Of a DNA stretch of 64,000 nt, positions 1 through 12,577 are shown one piece after another. The first letter of the stretch is position 1; each line of letters opens with the position of its first letter. The notes beneath the pieces are model-generated. The model saw only the letters and a program-made list of their open reading frames with translations, searched no databases and was not told the DNA's origin. The position numbers and the translations under genes were made by a program. This stretch comes from Thermoanaerobaculia bacterium (GTDB lineage Bacteria; Acidobacteriota; Thermoanaerobaculia; UBA5066): assembly GCA_963816185.1 (NCBI GenBank), contig CAWFJJ010000028.1:512001-576000 (forward strand). Direction: 5' to 3'.

Positions 1-918
1 GCGAGCGCCGACGACCGCATGGACTACGCGCGGCAGACTTCGCTGAGGGACGCCACCGCGGCCTTCACGGACGTCCTCCTCGCGAAGGAGCTGAAGGTCA
101 TCGCCGAGGAGACGCTCACTCAGCGCGAAAGGCACCTGGACCAGGCGCGCCGCCGCCTCGCGTTGGGGACGGCCACCGACTACGACCTCCTCGCCGCGGA
201 CGTCGCCGTCCAGAATGCGCGTCCCGAGGCGATTCGCGCCGTAAACCTCGTGGCGCTCGCCCTCGAGAAGCTCCGGATCCTGCTCGCGCTCGCGCGCCCG
301 ATCGCCGACGTGAAGGGGACGCTCGACGTCGACCTCCTCGCCGCGCCGCGATACGAGGACGCGCTCGAGAAGGCCCTCGCCGCGCGCCCTGACCTCAAGG
401 AGCTCGCCCACCAGGTCACGGTGGCGAAGGAGCTCGTGAAGATCGCGAAGACCGGCGACAAGCCGACGGTCGACTTCCGGGGTTCGGTCGGCTGGAAGGG
501 GATCAGCGCCGGCGATGTCTCGGCCGACGGCAAGACCTGGAACGCCGGCCTCTATCTCTCTTTCCCCTTCTTCGACGGCCTCGCGACCAAGGGGCGCGTC
601 CGCGAGTCGGAGAGCAACCTCAACACGCTCGAGATCGACGTCGCCCGGGCGCGGGACGCCGTGGCGCTCGACGTCAGGACCATCGTCGACGCCGTCCGCG
701 AGTCGTCCGAGATCGTGCGCGCGCTCTCTGGGACCGTGGAGCAGGCGAGGCGGCTCCTCGCGATGGCAGACAAGGGCTTCGAGCTGGGAGTGAAGACCCG
801 GATCGAAGTGGAGGACGCGCAGCTCGCCCTCCGCTCGGCCGAGGCGAGCCTCGCACGCGCCCGCCGCGAGCACATCGTGGCGCGGACGGGCCTGAGGTGG
901 GTGCAGGGGGAGCTCTAG
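1..918 (+). CDS. TolC family outer-membrane efflux protein (5' partial)
   Basis: Frame is open from base 1. Two OEP-like helical repeats and a beta-strand segment (WNAGLYLSFPFFDG); FELGVKTRIEVEDAQ is typical of the family. Confidence 0.85.
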   Translation, partial: ASADDRMDYARQTSLRDATAAFTDVLLAKELKVIAEETLTQRERHLDQARRRLALGTATDYDLLAADVAVQNARPEAIRAVNLVALALEKLRILLALARPIADVKGTLDVDLLAAPRYEDALEKALAARPDLKELAHQVTVAKELVKIAKTGDKPTVDFRGSVGWKGISAGDVSADGKTWNAGLYLSFPFFDGLATKGRVRESESNLNTLEIDVARARDAVALDVRTIVDAVRESSEIVRALSGTVEQARRLLAMADKGFELGVKTRIEVEDAQLALRSAEASLARARREHIVARTGLRWVQGEL

Positions 919-994
919 CAGGCTGGACGCACGAGACGCCCGTGGGCGGCGTCGGGACGAGCGCCGCGAGAACGCAGATGCTCTCGACGGTCGC

Positions 995-1023
995 TTGACA
1001 CATTTCTGAAGCCGTTCTAGTGT
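995..1023 (+). promoter_or_regulatory. sigma70-type promoter
   Basis: TTGACA (995-1000), 17 nt spacer, TAGTGT (1018-1023), upstream of a GGGAGG RBS and the ATG at 1095. Confidence 0.6.
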
Positions 1024-1094
1024 GCAAATGAGACAGAGTAGCAGTCACAACGACCTGTTACGTCTGGAATTCTGTCGTTTTCCCGGGAGGTTCC

Positions 1095-4000
1095 ATGTCA
1101 AACCCTGTTTTCCTGCAACGGCGTTTCGCCCTCGCGGTCTGCCTCCTCGGGCTCGCCCTCGGCACAGGGACGCTTCGTGCCCAGACTGCCGGGCAGAACG
1201 TCAACATCGTCTCGGGAACGAGCCTCCCGGGAGGAGACCCTTTCCTGCAGCGCCAGAACGAGCCGTCGCTGGCCGTCTCGAGCCGGAACCAGCTGCATCT
1301 CCTGGCGGGCGCAAACGACTACCGGACGGTCGATCTGCCGGGACTTCCCGACGGAGATGAAACGGGAGACGCCTGGCTGGGCGTGTTCAAGTCCGTGAAC
1401 GGCGGGCGGACGTGGACCAGCACGCTCGTGCCCGGCTACCCGCAGGACCCGTCCGCGCAGGGTCTGGCGTCGCCGATACACGGGTTCGCGGCCGCCTCGG
1501 ACCCGACGGTGCGCGCCGGCACCAACGGACTCTTCTACTACAGCGGCATCGCCTTCAACCGCGGCAGCAACGCGCCCGGTGCGATCTTCGTCGCCCGGTA
1601 CATCGACAACAACAACAAGGAGAACGGCGACCCGACGTCCTATCTCTCGACCGCGATCATCGACACCGGCAACTCCGGACAGTTCGTCGACAAGCCGTGG
1701 CTGGCGGTGGACGTTCCGCTGGCGGGCGCGCCCGTGTGCAGCATCCCGACCGCTCCGGCCCAGCTCTTTCCCGCGGGCAACGTCTACATCGCGTATGCGG
1801 TCTTCCCCGGCAGCAACAACAACCAGGTCGTCTTCGCCCGTTCGACCGACTGCGGGGCCACCTGGACCAAGCCCATCAAGGTCTCCGAGAGCCAGCAGTC
1901 GAACCAGGGAGTCGTCATGGCCGTCTCTCCGGCCACGGGCGGCGGCGCCGTCCCGCACCCGATCTACATCGCGTGGCGGCGATTCGCCACGTCCAACAGC
2001 ACCGACGCCATCCTGGTCGCCCAGTCCCTGGACGGTGGCCAGACCTTCTCGAAGGCGACCGTGGTCGCGAGCATCCTGCCCTTCGACCAGACCTCGATCG
2101 TCGGTTTCCGGACGAACGCGTTTCCCTCCATGGCCATCGACGCCACGGGACGCGTCTACCTCGTCTGGTCGCAGCGGGATCTGGCCGGCAACGCCCGAAT
2201 CGTGATCTCGTCCTCTTCCGACGGAGTCCTTTGGACGACGCCGGCCTCCGTCGATCCGGCATCCACCGGGCAGCAGTTCATGCCGTCGATCACCTTCACC
2301 GCGGGAAAGCTGATGGTCCTCTACTACGACTCCCGCGATGACCACACGATCGGCGTGCTCTCGAAAACGTGCCCGGCCGGTCAGACGTGCGTTCCCTTCG
2401 GACCGTTCTCCCAATACCAGCAGCCGGTCGCCGATATTGGCTTGCCCGGCCCACTTCCCGGCTTTGTCTCCGATGCGGGACTCCACCGCCGCCGCACAAT
2501 CGACGTGCGCACGACCCAGGCCGACCCGGGGGCCTCGCCGCTGTTCAGCCCGTCGGTGCGGGTCTCGAGCTACCGTTACGGCTCGAGCCCGACCTACGCC
2601 ACGACGCTGGGCCTTCCCTCAAACAGCCTCCTGCAGCTCCAGTACAACCCGCCGAGCCTTCCGATGTTCAAGCTGGGAACGACCGGTTTCATCGGCGACT
2701 ACATCGACTTCTCGGGCCCGGTGCTGGCTCCAGGCGCCAGCGGCTGGAACTTCGTCTCGCCGTCCAGCACCCAGATCGCCCACGCCGTCTGGGCCGACAA
2801 CCGGGACGTGCGCGCGCCGCGAACCCTGAATACGCTGGGCTTCCCCGACTGGACGCATTACACGCCCCCGTCCGTTTCGGGCACGGGCATCATCTGCTCG
2901 CCGGGCGACGCCGGCATGCGGAACCAGAACATCTACACGGCGCGCGTGTCGCAGGGCGTGCTCTTCCAGGCTCTCGAGAACGCGAAACCGTTGAGCGCGA
3001 CGCTTCAGCGCGGTTTCGTCGTCGTCGTGCAGAACCTGACGGGGGGCGCGAAGCGGTTCCAGCTCACGATCGCCAATCAGCCCACTGGCGGCCAGGCCTC
3101 GTTCTCGCAGACGAGCCTTCTCACCGTTCTCGACCTTCAGGTGGCTCCGCGCTCGAGCGTTTCGCGCACGATCTACGTGACGTCCACGGACGTCCACGCC
3201 TCCGTGGGTTCGAACCTCGCGGAGCTGGACTTCTCGACCGGGACCGTTCTCCCCGGCGGCATCCAGGGAGCGGTCGCGTTGAATCCGGACATCACGAACC
3301 CCGACATCACCAATCCGGACATTACGAATCCCGACATCACGAACCCGGACATCACGAACGCCGAGGTCTACAACCCCGACATCACGAATCCCGACATCAC
3401 GAATCCCGACATCACGAACCCCGACATCACGAACCCCGACATCACGAACCCCGACATCACGAATACTCTCCTGGCGAATCCCGACATCACGAACCCCGAT
3501 ATCACGAATCCCGATATCACGAATCCCGACATCACGAACCCCGATATCACGAACCCCGATATCACGAACACGAGCCTTTACGACGTCTCGGAAGCGAGCT
3601 CCACGGTCACCAACACCGGCAATACCTCGTCCTCGTACAACGTCAACCTGCTGGCGACGGACTCGGTCCCCGCGAGCTTCGGCGCTGGCGGCGGCAGTTT
3701 CCTGCAGCTGATCGTGTCGAAGAGCTTCGTCACGCAGACCATGCAGGAATGTGCGGAGCTTCCCGAGGTCAGCAACCTGGTCGTGGCCAACGTGACGAGG
3801 CCGGTCGTCAAGGACATCTCCAATACGCTGCCCGCCGACACGGACGCGGCGGTGGCGGCTGCCACGACCCCGGACGTCACGACCGGAGCGATCAGCAACG
3901 CCACGCTCGCTCTCCAGCCCGGCGAGTCGGCCCGCATCCGGGTTCGGGTCTTCCAGAACAAGTCCGACTCGGTCAAGTTCGATCCGCACAAGAGCCTCTC

Positions 4001-4349
4001 GCCCGTCGCCGTGGCGCACGGCGCGAACTCGAACAACGCGGCGAAGAAAGCCGCCTTCGCGATCCGGCTGACGATCGCGAGCAACAATCACAATCTTCCC
4101 TTGGCCGTTCCGAACAAGCCCTACAGCGCGACTCTGAAAGCCCTCGGCGGCAAGGTGACCCTCACCTGGTCGGTCATCAGCGGCGCGCTCCCGAACGGCC
4201 TCACGCTCAATGCCTCGACGGGAGTGATCTCCGGAACGCCGAAGGTGTCCGGGCCTTATCCCGTCTCCTTCTCCTTCACCGTCCGCGTCTCGGACCCGGT
4301 CGGGGATCAGTTCACGAAGGATCTGACGCTGGTCGTCAACAACAAGTAG
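1095..4349 (+). CDS. Secreted Asp-box/BNR beta-propeller protein with NPDIT pentapeptide repeats and a C-terminal putative Ig domain
   Basis: Signal peptide (..TLRA|Q); Asp-box-like SVNGGRTW, STDCGATW, SLDGGQTF; NPDIT array; C-terminal WSVISGALPNGLTLNASTGVISGTP (He_PIG-like). Confidence 0.75.
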   Translation: MSNPVFLQRRFALAVCLLGLALGTGTLRAQTAGQNVNIVSGTSLPGGDPFLQRQNEPSLAVSSRNQLHLLAGANDYRTVDLPGLPDGDETGDAWLGVFKSVNGGRTWTSTLVPGYPQDPSAQGLASPIHGFAAASDPTVRAGTNGLFYYSGIAFNRGSNAPGAIFVARYIDNNNKENGDPTSYLSTAIIDTGNSGQFVDKPWLAVDVPLAGAPVCSIPTAPAQLFPAGNVYIAYAVFPGSNNNQVVFARSTDCGATWTKPIKVSESQQSNQGVVMAVSPATGGGAVPHPIYIAWRRFATSNSTDAILVAQSLDGGQTFSKATVVASILPFDQTSIVGFRTNAFPSMAIDATGRVYLVWSQRDLAGNARIVISSSSDGVLWTTPASVDPASTGQQFMPSITFTAGKLMVLYYDSRDDHTIGVLSKTCPAGQTCVPFGPFSQYQQPVADIGLPGPLPGFVSDAGLHRRRTIDVRTTQADPGASPLFSPSVRVSSYRYGSSPTYATTLGLPSNSLLQLQYNPPSLPMFKLGTTGFIGDYIDFSGPVLAPGASGWNFVSPSSTQIAHAVWADNRDVRAPRTLNTLGFPDWTHYTPPSVSGTGIICSPGDAGMRNQNIYTARVSQGVLFQALENAKPLSATLQRGFVVVVQNLTGGAKRFQLTIANQPTGGQASFSQTSLLTVLDLQVAPRSSVSRTIYVTSTDVHASVGSNLAELDFSTGTVLPGGIQGAVALNPDITNPDITNPDITNPDITNPDITNAEVYNPDITNPDITNPDITNPDITNPDITNPDITNTLLANPDITNPDITNPDITNPDITNPDITNPDITNTSLYDVSEASSTVTNTGNTSSSYNVNLLATDSVPASFGAGGGSFLQLIVSKSFVTQTMQECAELPEVSNLVVANVTRPVVKDISNTLPADTDAAVAAATTPDVTTGAISNATLALQPGESARIRVRVFQNKSDSVKFDPHKSLSPVAVAHGANSNNAAKKAAFAIRLTIASNNHNLPLAVPNKPYSATLKALGGKVTLTWSVISGALPNGLTLNASTGVISGTPKVSGPYPVSFSFTVRVSDPVGDQFTKDLTLVVNNK
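3282..3581 (+). repeat. 15-bp coding tandem repeat, 20 units
   Basis: Consensus AAYCCSGAYATYACS. Encodes (NPDIT)5-NAEVY-(NPDIT)6-NTLLA-(NPDIT)6-NTSLY. Confidence 0.95.
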
Positions 4350-4356
4350 CCCTCAA

Positions 4357-7323
<2,967 letters not shown>

Positions 7324-7337
7324 CGTGGCCCAGAACC

Positions 7338-8876
7338 TCACTCCCACTCGATCGTGCCGGGAGGCTTGGAGGTCACGTCGTAGACGACCCGGTTCACGCC
7401 GCGCACCTCGCCCACGATGCGGCGGGAGGCGCGGTCGAGGAGATCGTGCGGGAGACGCGCCCAGTCCGCCGTCATGAAATCCTCGGTCGTCACCGCCCGC
7501 AACGCGACGACGCTCTCGTACGTGCGGCCGTCGCCCATGACGCCCACGCTCTTCACCGGCAGCAACACCGCGAACGCCTGCGAGGTCCTCTCGTAAAAGC
7601 CGCCGGAACGCAGCTCCTCGAGAAAGATCGCGTCGGCGTCCTGCAGGATCCTCACGCGCTCTTTCGTGATCTCGCCCGGGATGCGCACGGCAAGGCCGGG
7701 GCCCGGGAAGGGATGACGCGAGAGCATCTCGCCGGGAATCCCCAGCTCCTCGCCGAGTCGCCGGACCTCGTCCTTGAACAGCTCGCGGAGCGGCTCGAGC
7801 AGGCGGAACCCGAGCTTCTCGGGCAGCCCGCCGACGTTGTGGTGCGTCTTGATGACCGCCGAAGGCCCCTTGATCGACACGGACTCGATCACGTCGGGAT
7901 AGAGCGTGCCCTGTAGCAGCCACTCGGCGCCGTCCACGGCCTTTGCATTCTCGGTGAAGACGTCGATGAAGAGGCCGCCGATGATCCTTCGCTTTCGCTC
8001 GGGCTCCGCCACGCCTGCGAGGGCGCTCAGGAACCGCTCCGACGCGTCGACGCCCGTCACGGGCAGGCCGAGATGCCGGAAAGCCTCGAGCACCTGCCGC
8101 CCCTCGTATTTGCGCAGAAGTCCCGTGTCCACGAAGACGCCCCGGAAGCGATCTCCCACGGCCTCGCGCGTCAGGACCGCGGCGACCGTCGAGTCAACTC
8201 CTCCCGACAGCGCGCCGAGGACGACGCCGTGCTTCACCTCGTCTCTCAGGCGCGCAACGGTCGCGTCGCGAAAGCCGGCCATCGTCCAGGACGGCTTCGC
8301 GCCGCAGACGTCGTAGAGAAAGTTCTCGAGCATCTGGGCGCCATGCTCGGAGTGGTGGACCTCCGGGTGCCCCTGAATGCCGAAGAGGGCGCGTGCGGGG
8401 TCCTCGAAGGCGGCGACGGGCGCGTTCTCGGTCGTCGCGGTCACGGAGAAGCCCTCCGGAGCGGTCTCCACGTGGTCTCCGTGGCTCATCCAGATCGTCT
8501 CGGAGGGGCCGAGGCCGCGGAACAGACGGCCGCCCGACACCTTCACCTGCGCGCGTCCGTACTCGCGGCCCGGGGCGCTCCCGACCCTGCCGCCGTAACG
8601 CTGCGCGATCCACATCATCCCGTAGCACAGGCCCAGAACCGGCACTCCGAGACCGAAGAGCCCCGCGTCCCCCTGCGGCGCGCCCTTGTCGTAGACGCTC
8701 GAGGGGCCGCCCGACAGGATGATCCCTTTCGGGGCGAGCGCCGCGATCTCCCCCGCCTTCGTATCGAACGGAAGAACCACCGACCGCACCCTCGCTTCGC
8801 GGATCCGCCGGGCGATCACCTGCGTGTACTGCGAGCCGAAGTCGAGGACGACCACCGAATCGGCGCTGGCGTTCAC
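7338..8876 (-). CDS. guaA: GMP synthase (glutamine-hydrolysing)
   Basis: LDFGSQY, GLCYG, HPEV, SGGVDS, IKTHHNVGGLP, and C-terminal KPPGTIEWE. Confidence 0.98.
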   Translation of the reverse strand: MNASADSVVVLDFGSQYTQVIARRIREARVRSVVLPFDTKAGEIAALAPKGIILSGGPSSVYDKGAPQGDAGLFGLGVPVLGLCYGMMWIAQRYGGRVGSAPGREYGRAQVKVSGGRLFRGLGPSETIWMSHGDHVETAPEGFSVTATTENAPVAAFEDPARALFGIQGHPEVHHSEHGAQMLENFLYDVCGAKPSWTMAGFRDATVARLRDEVKHGVVLGALSGGVDSTVAAVLTREAVGDRFRGVFVDTGLLRKYEGRQVLEAFRHLGLPVTGVDASERFLSALAGVAEPERKRRIIGGLFIDVFTENAKAVDGAEWLLQGTLYPDVIESVSIKGPSAVIKTHHNVGGLPEKLGFRLLEPLRELFKDEVRRLGEELGIPGEMLSRHPFPGPGLAVRIPGEITKERVRILQDADAIFLEELRSGGFYERTSQAFAVLLPVKSVGVMGDGRTYESVVALRAVTTEDFMTADWARLPHDLLDRASRRIVGEVRGVNRVVYDVTSKPPGTIEWE

Positions 8877-8908
8877 TGCGCCGAGTATACGGACGGCGTC
8901 GCGACCGC

Positions 8909-9437
8909 TCAGGCGGGTCTGCGCAGCCGCCCGATCAACGCGCGCGGCACGGCCACGAGGCCCGCGACGATGACGCCCGAGATCAGGGCGGCGAACGCGG
9001 CGAGCGCGACGAGCAGGGGGCCGACGTTGATTCCCCCCGGCAGGTCACCGCCGTGCGCCACTCGGTGCAGGGAGACGCCATACACGAGAGCGGCAAGGGC
9101 CGTGATCGAGAGAAACGCCCAGCGGCTCTCCGGAGGGATCGCGTCGCCTTCGCCGCCCGGGACGGCGGGACCAGAGAGGCGCCGCGGCCGAGACTCCCGC
9201 GTCGGCGAAGAAAAGGAGCACGCCCGACATGAGGTAGAGAGGGACGAAGAACGCGATCGAGGCGGCGACGTATCTCACCAGGGGCCGCTTCGAAAGGGCC
9301 GCGCCGAGCGCATCGGCCAGCAGCGGATACGGGATGAACCTCTCGGTCGCGTGCGAATGCACCGCGAGAAAGGCGGTGAGTACGAGCACGAACGCCGCGG
9401 GCGCCGCCACGAGAAAAGCGCGCGCGATGCGAAACAT
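8909..9437 (-). pseudogene. Small multi-TM membrane protein with a frameshift near 9150-9165 (possibly an assembly error)
   Basis: The hydrophobic 5' ORF continues in another frame as IPPESRWAFLSITALAALVYGV...LIGRLRRPA*, ending at 8909. Confidence 0.55.
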
Positions 9438-9441
9438 CGAG

Positions 9442-10284
9442 TCAGAGCGCAGGGCGGGACAGTGCCGGCGAGCCCCAGAACGCGAGGACGCGTCTGACGT
9501 AATCGCGCGTCTCGCGATAGGGCGGAACGCCCCCGTGCTCCTCGACCGCGTGCTCCCCCGCGTTGTACGCCGCGAGGATCAGGTCTGGGTTCGTCTCGCC
9601 GAATCGCTCGGCCAGCTCGGCAAGGTAGGCGGCGCCCGCCCGGATGTTCTCCCGCGGGTCGAAGGCGCTCTTCACGCCGAGCCGCCGCGCCGTCGCCGGC
9701 ATGAGCTGCATGAGCCCGCGTGCCCCCTTTCGGGACACCGCGCGCGGATACCCGTTCGATTCCGCCCGAATGACGGCGGCGATGAGACCCGGATCGATGC
9801 GGTTCTGTTTGGCCGCTTCGAGGATCTGCGAAGAGAAGGGAGAAGAGATCGTGGAGGAAGAGAAAGAGGCACCTGAAGAGGGGGAAAGACCCGGAGAAGA
9901 AGGGAGATTCTCCGAGAAGGCGCGGACAGAACGAGGAGCGGGTCGGAGGGCATCGCTCGCGAGGCTCGCCGCCGCGCTCTCGGGCACAGGCGCCGGGCGC
10001 TCGTATTCCTCGTCCACGATGCGTTCGACGACGTCGAGCGGAATCGTCATCGAGCCGCCTCCGACGAGACCCACCGTCAGGCGGTCGTCTTCGACGACCT
10101 CGTAGCTCGCGACGCGCAGATGCCGCCCGTCCTCGAAGACGACGAGGGATGCGGCGGCGGAAGGTGCCGAGAGCATCGAGAGCAGGAGGCCACCCGCTGC
10201 CGCAGCCTCACTCACCCTTCTAAGAAAATCTTCTCTTCCCCCGGTCTCCGTCTTAAGCAAAATATTCCTCTTCCGATTCGTCAT
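9442..10284 (-). CDS. Lytic transglycosylase (SLT domain)
   Basis: ATGA overlap with the xerD stop; AVIRAES, GARGLMQLMP, AAYNAG, ETRDYV motifs. Confidence 0.9.
   Translation of the reverse strand: MTNRKRNILLKTETGGREDFLRRVSEAAAAGGLLLSMLSAPSAAASLVVFEDGRHLRVASYEVVEDDRLTVGLVGGGSMTIPLDVVERIVDEEYERPAPVPESAAASLASDALRPAPRSVRAFSENLPSSPGLSPSSGASFSSSTISSPFSSQILEAAKQNRIDPGLIAAVIRAESNGYPRAVSRKGARGLMQLMPATARRLGVKSAFDPRENIRAGAAYLAELAERFGETNPDLILAAYNAGEHAVEEHGGVPPYRETRDYVRRVLAFWGSPALSRPAL
10218..10274. repeat. TTCTAAGAA-family element (arm plus degenerate tandem arm) at the xerD/slt junction
   Basis: TTCTAAGAAAATCTTCTCTTCCC at 10218 and TCTTAAGCAAAATATTCCTCTTCC at 10251. Confidence 0.65.
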
Positions 10285-11207
10285 GCCCGCGGGTGCGTCC
10301 GGTCGTAGACCTTCCGGACGCGGGAGCGGGACACGTGAGTGTAGATCTCGGTCGTCGCGATGTCCGCGTGGCCGAGCATCATCTGCACGGCACGCAGATC
10401 GGCGTCGTTGTCCACGAGGTGCGTCGCGAACGCGTGCCTCAGGACGTGCGGCGACACGGCGGACGCGGGTAGACCTGCCTTCCGCGCGGCGGCCTTCAGC
10501 GCGAGGAAGACCGTCTGCCTCGTGATCGGCCTTCCGCGCGCGCCGGGGAAGACCCATCGTGCCGCGGCGCCGGGCCTTTCGGCCCTGACCGCCTGAAGGT
10601 AGCGCGCGACCCAGCGAGCGGACGAGTCGGCGATCGGAACGACCCTTTCTTTCGCCCCTTTTCCGCGAACGAGGAGAAATCCCTCCGAAAGGCGCAGCGC
10701 CTCCACGGGAAGGGCGGCGAGCTCGGAGACGCGCAGGCCGCACGCGTAGAGCACCTCGAAGAGCGCCCGGTTTCGGAGGCCGCGCGGCGTCGCGACGTCG
10801 GGCGCGTCGAGAAGCCGCGTCACGTCCTCGGGCGAGAGCACTTTCGGAAGCATCGTCCATCGGCGGGCGTTCGTGAGGTCGGCCGTCGGGTCGGTCTCGA
10901 GCACCTTTTCCGCCGAGAGAAAGGCATAGAGGCCGCGCAGCGCCGACGTCACGCGAGCCAGCGTGCGGGGTGACATGCCGTCCGCGCGCCTCGCGCCGAG
11001 AAACGCCACGATGTCCTGGCGGGTGACGCCCGCCGGATCGGTTCGCGAAGAGGCGAGGAATCGGCCGAATCCCTCGAGATCGCGGCGGTAGGCCTCCAGC
11101 GTATTCGCGGCAAGACCCTTCTCGGCCGAGAGGTAGTCCAGGAAGAGCGGGAGGTGCTTCTGGAAGTAGACGCCGGCCGGCGTTTTGGCAGGAGATCCCG
11201 AACTCAC
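10281..11207 (-). CDS. xerD: Tyrosine recombinase XerD-like
   Basis: LYACGLRVSEL, GKGAKER, SPHVLRHAFATHL, LGHADIATTEIYTHV; N-terminal SAM-like domain. Confidence 0.85.
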   Translation of the reverse strand: MSSGSPAKTPAGVYFQKHLPLFLDYLSAEKGLAANTLEAYRRDLEGFGRFLASSRTDPAGVTRQDIVAFLGARRADGMSPRTLARVTSALRGLYAFLSAEKVLETDPTADLTNARRWTMLPKVLSPEDVTRLLDAPDVATPRGLRNRALFEVLYACGLRVSELAALPVEALRLSEGFLLVRGKGAKERVVPIADSSARWVARYLQAVRAERPGAAARWVFPGARGRPITRQTVFLALKAAARKAGLPASAVSPHVLRHAFATHLVDNDADLRAVQMMLGHADIATTEIYTHVSRSRVRKVYDRTHPRA

Positions 11208-11245
11208 TCGGCCATTCTACGGAAGCGGAGCCCCTCGCGTCGGAT

Positions 11246-12517
11246 TCAGGAGCTCCGGAAGCGCTCGGCGGCGGGCGCCCCGGCAACCGTCAGGTCCGGC
11301 AGGGCCGAAAGCACGGTCCGGATCTCGGACTCCGAAAGGACATGGTCGGACGCCTTTGCGGCCCGGTAGAGCGCCGCGACCCGCCCGGGCGTCGGGTCGA
11401 TGCCACGCGCCCGCAGCCAGAAGAAAACGTTCGACTCGCCCGACATCGGGCCGACCTCGATGAGCTGGGTGAGACCGACCATGGCCGCCGGAACCCCGGA
11501 GTAGATCCTGTCCGCGAGCCAGTCATGGCCCTTCGCGCGAGCCTTGACGATCGCGGCGGCATGGACTCCCGTTCCGGTTCGGAAGGCGTCGCGTCCGACC
11601 ACCGGGTACCCGTCGGGGATCGGCACCTTCAGACAGGCGGACACCTTCCTGACGTATGTCGCCAACGCCGACAGATCGCGGTCGATCCAGCCGAGGAGCT
11701 GGAGGTTCACGAGGAGCTGGTCGAGCGGCGCATTTCCCACGCGCTCCCCCACCCCCAGCCCGCAGCCGTGGACCCGCTGCGCCCCGGCGCGGAGCGCGGC
11801 GAGCGAATTCGCGACCGAGAGCCCGCGATCCTCGTGGCCGTGCCAGTCGATGCGCACGGCCGGGTTCTCCCGCGCGACGAACTCCGCGAGGAAGCCCACG
11901 AGCGCCGCGGCCCCTTCGGGGGTCGCGTGGCCCACCGTGTCGCAGACGCAGATTCGGCTGGCGCCCGCGGCGATGGCCGTCCCATAGAGAGAGACGAGGT
12001 CCTCGGGGCGCGCCCGCGTCGTGTCCTCGGTGACGAACGTGACGTGAAGGGAGTTACGAACGCCGAGCGAGACGGCATCGCGCGTGAGCTTCATCATGCG
12101 CGAGAGGTCCCAGTCCTCGACGTACTGCCGGATCGGCGACGATCCGATGAACGTCGTCATCTCCAGCGCCCGACCCACCTGCTGGGAGATCTCGATGATC
12201 GGCTCGATATCGGACGCGAGCGTGCGCGCCGCGCAACAGGGCTGGAGCGACAGCTTCGCCTCCGTCATGCGCCGTACGAGCCATTCCAGGTCCTCGACGG
12301 GGGTGCCGGCGGCGGGAATGCCAATGACGGCCGTGTCGATCCCGAGCCGCTCCATGAGCACGAGAAGCTCGAATCTCTCGTCGAGCGTCGGCACGACGGC
12401 CGAGGGAGACTGGAGCCCGTCGCGAAGAGTCTCGTCGACGAGCTCGACGGGAACGTGCCGGGGACGGCCTTCTCCCGCGGCCCGGTTCCAGTCGTACACG
12501 AGGTGCTGTGGATCCAT
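11246..12517 (-). CDS. LeuA-like DRE-TIM acyltransferase (2-isopropylmalate/homocitrate synthase family), no C-terminal allosteric domain
   Basis: DETLRDGLQS, CDTVG, HGHEDRG, GERVGNA; about 423 aa from MDPQHL. Confidence 0.8.
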   Translation of the reverse strand: MDPQHLVYDWNRAAGEGRPRHVPVELVDETLRDGLQSPSAVVPTLDERFELLVLMERLGIDTAVIGIPAAGTPVEDLEWLVRRMTEAKLSLQPCCAARTLASDIEPIIEISQQVGRALEMTTFIGSSPIRQYVEDWDLSRMMKLTRDAVSLGVRNSLHVTFVTEDTTRARPEDLVSLYGTAIAAGASRICVCDTVGHATPEGAAALVGFLAEFVARENPAVRIDWHGHEDRGLSVANSLAALRAGAQRVHGCGLGVGERVGNAPLDQLLVNLQLLGWIDRDLSALATYVRKVSACLKVPIPDGYPVVGRDAFRTGTGVHAAAIVKARAKGHDWLADRIYSGVPAAMVGLTQLIEVGPMSGESNVFFWLRARGIDPTPGRVAALYRAAKASDHVLSESEIRTVLSALPDLTVAGAPAAERFRSS

Positions 12518-12577
12518 CGCGCTCTCCTCGCCGGGCACGCCTTCCCGCCCGGCCGCTCCCCGGACTAAGATCGCATT

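Noticed and set aside
3282-3581. Tandem repeat as a CRISPR array or non-coding VNTR
   Set aside because: No unique spacers and no cas genes; the 15-bp units are in-frame and vary at synonymous positions.
10281-11207. Tyrosine recombinase as a phage or integron integrase
   Set aside because: XerD-like size and motifs, housekeeping neighbours, and no att/attC sites or cargo.
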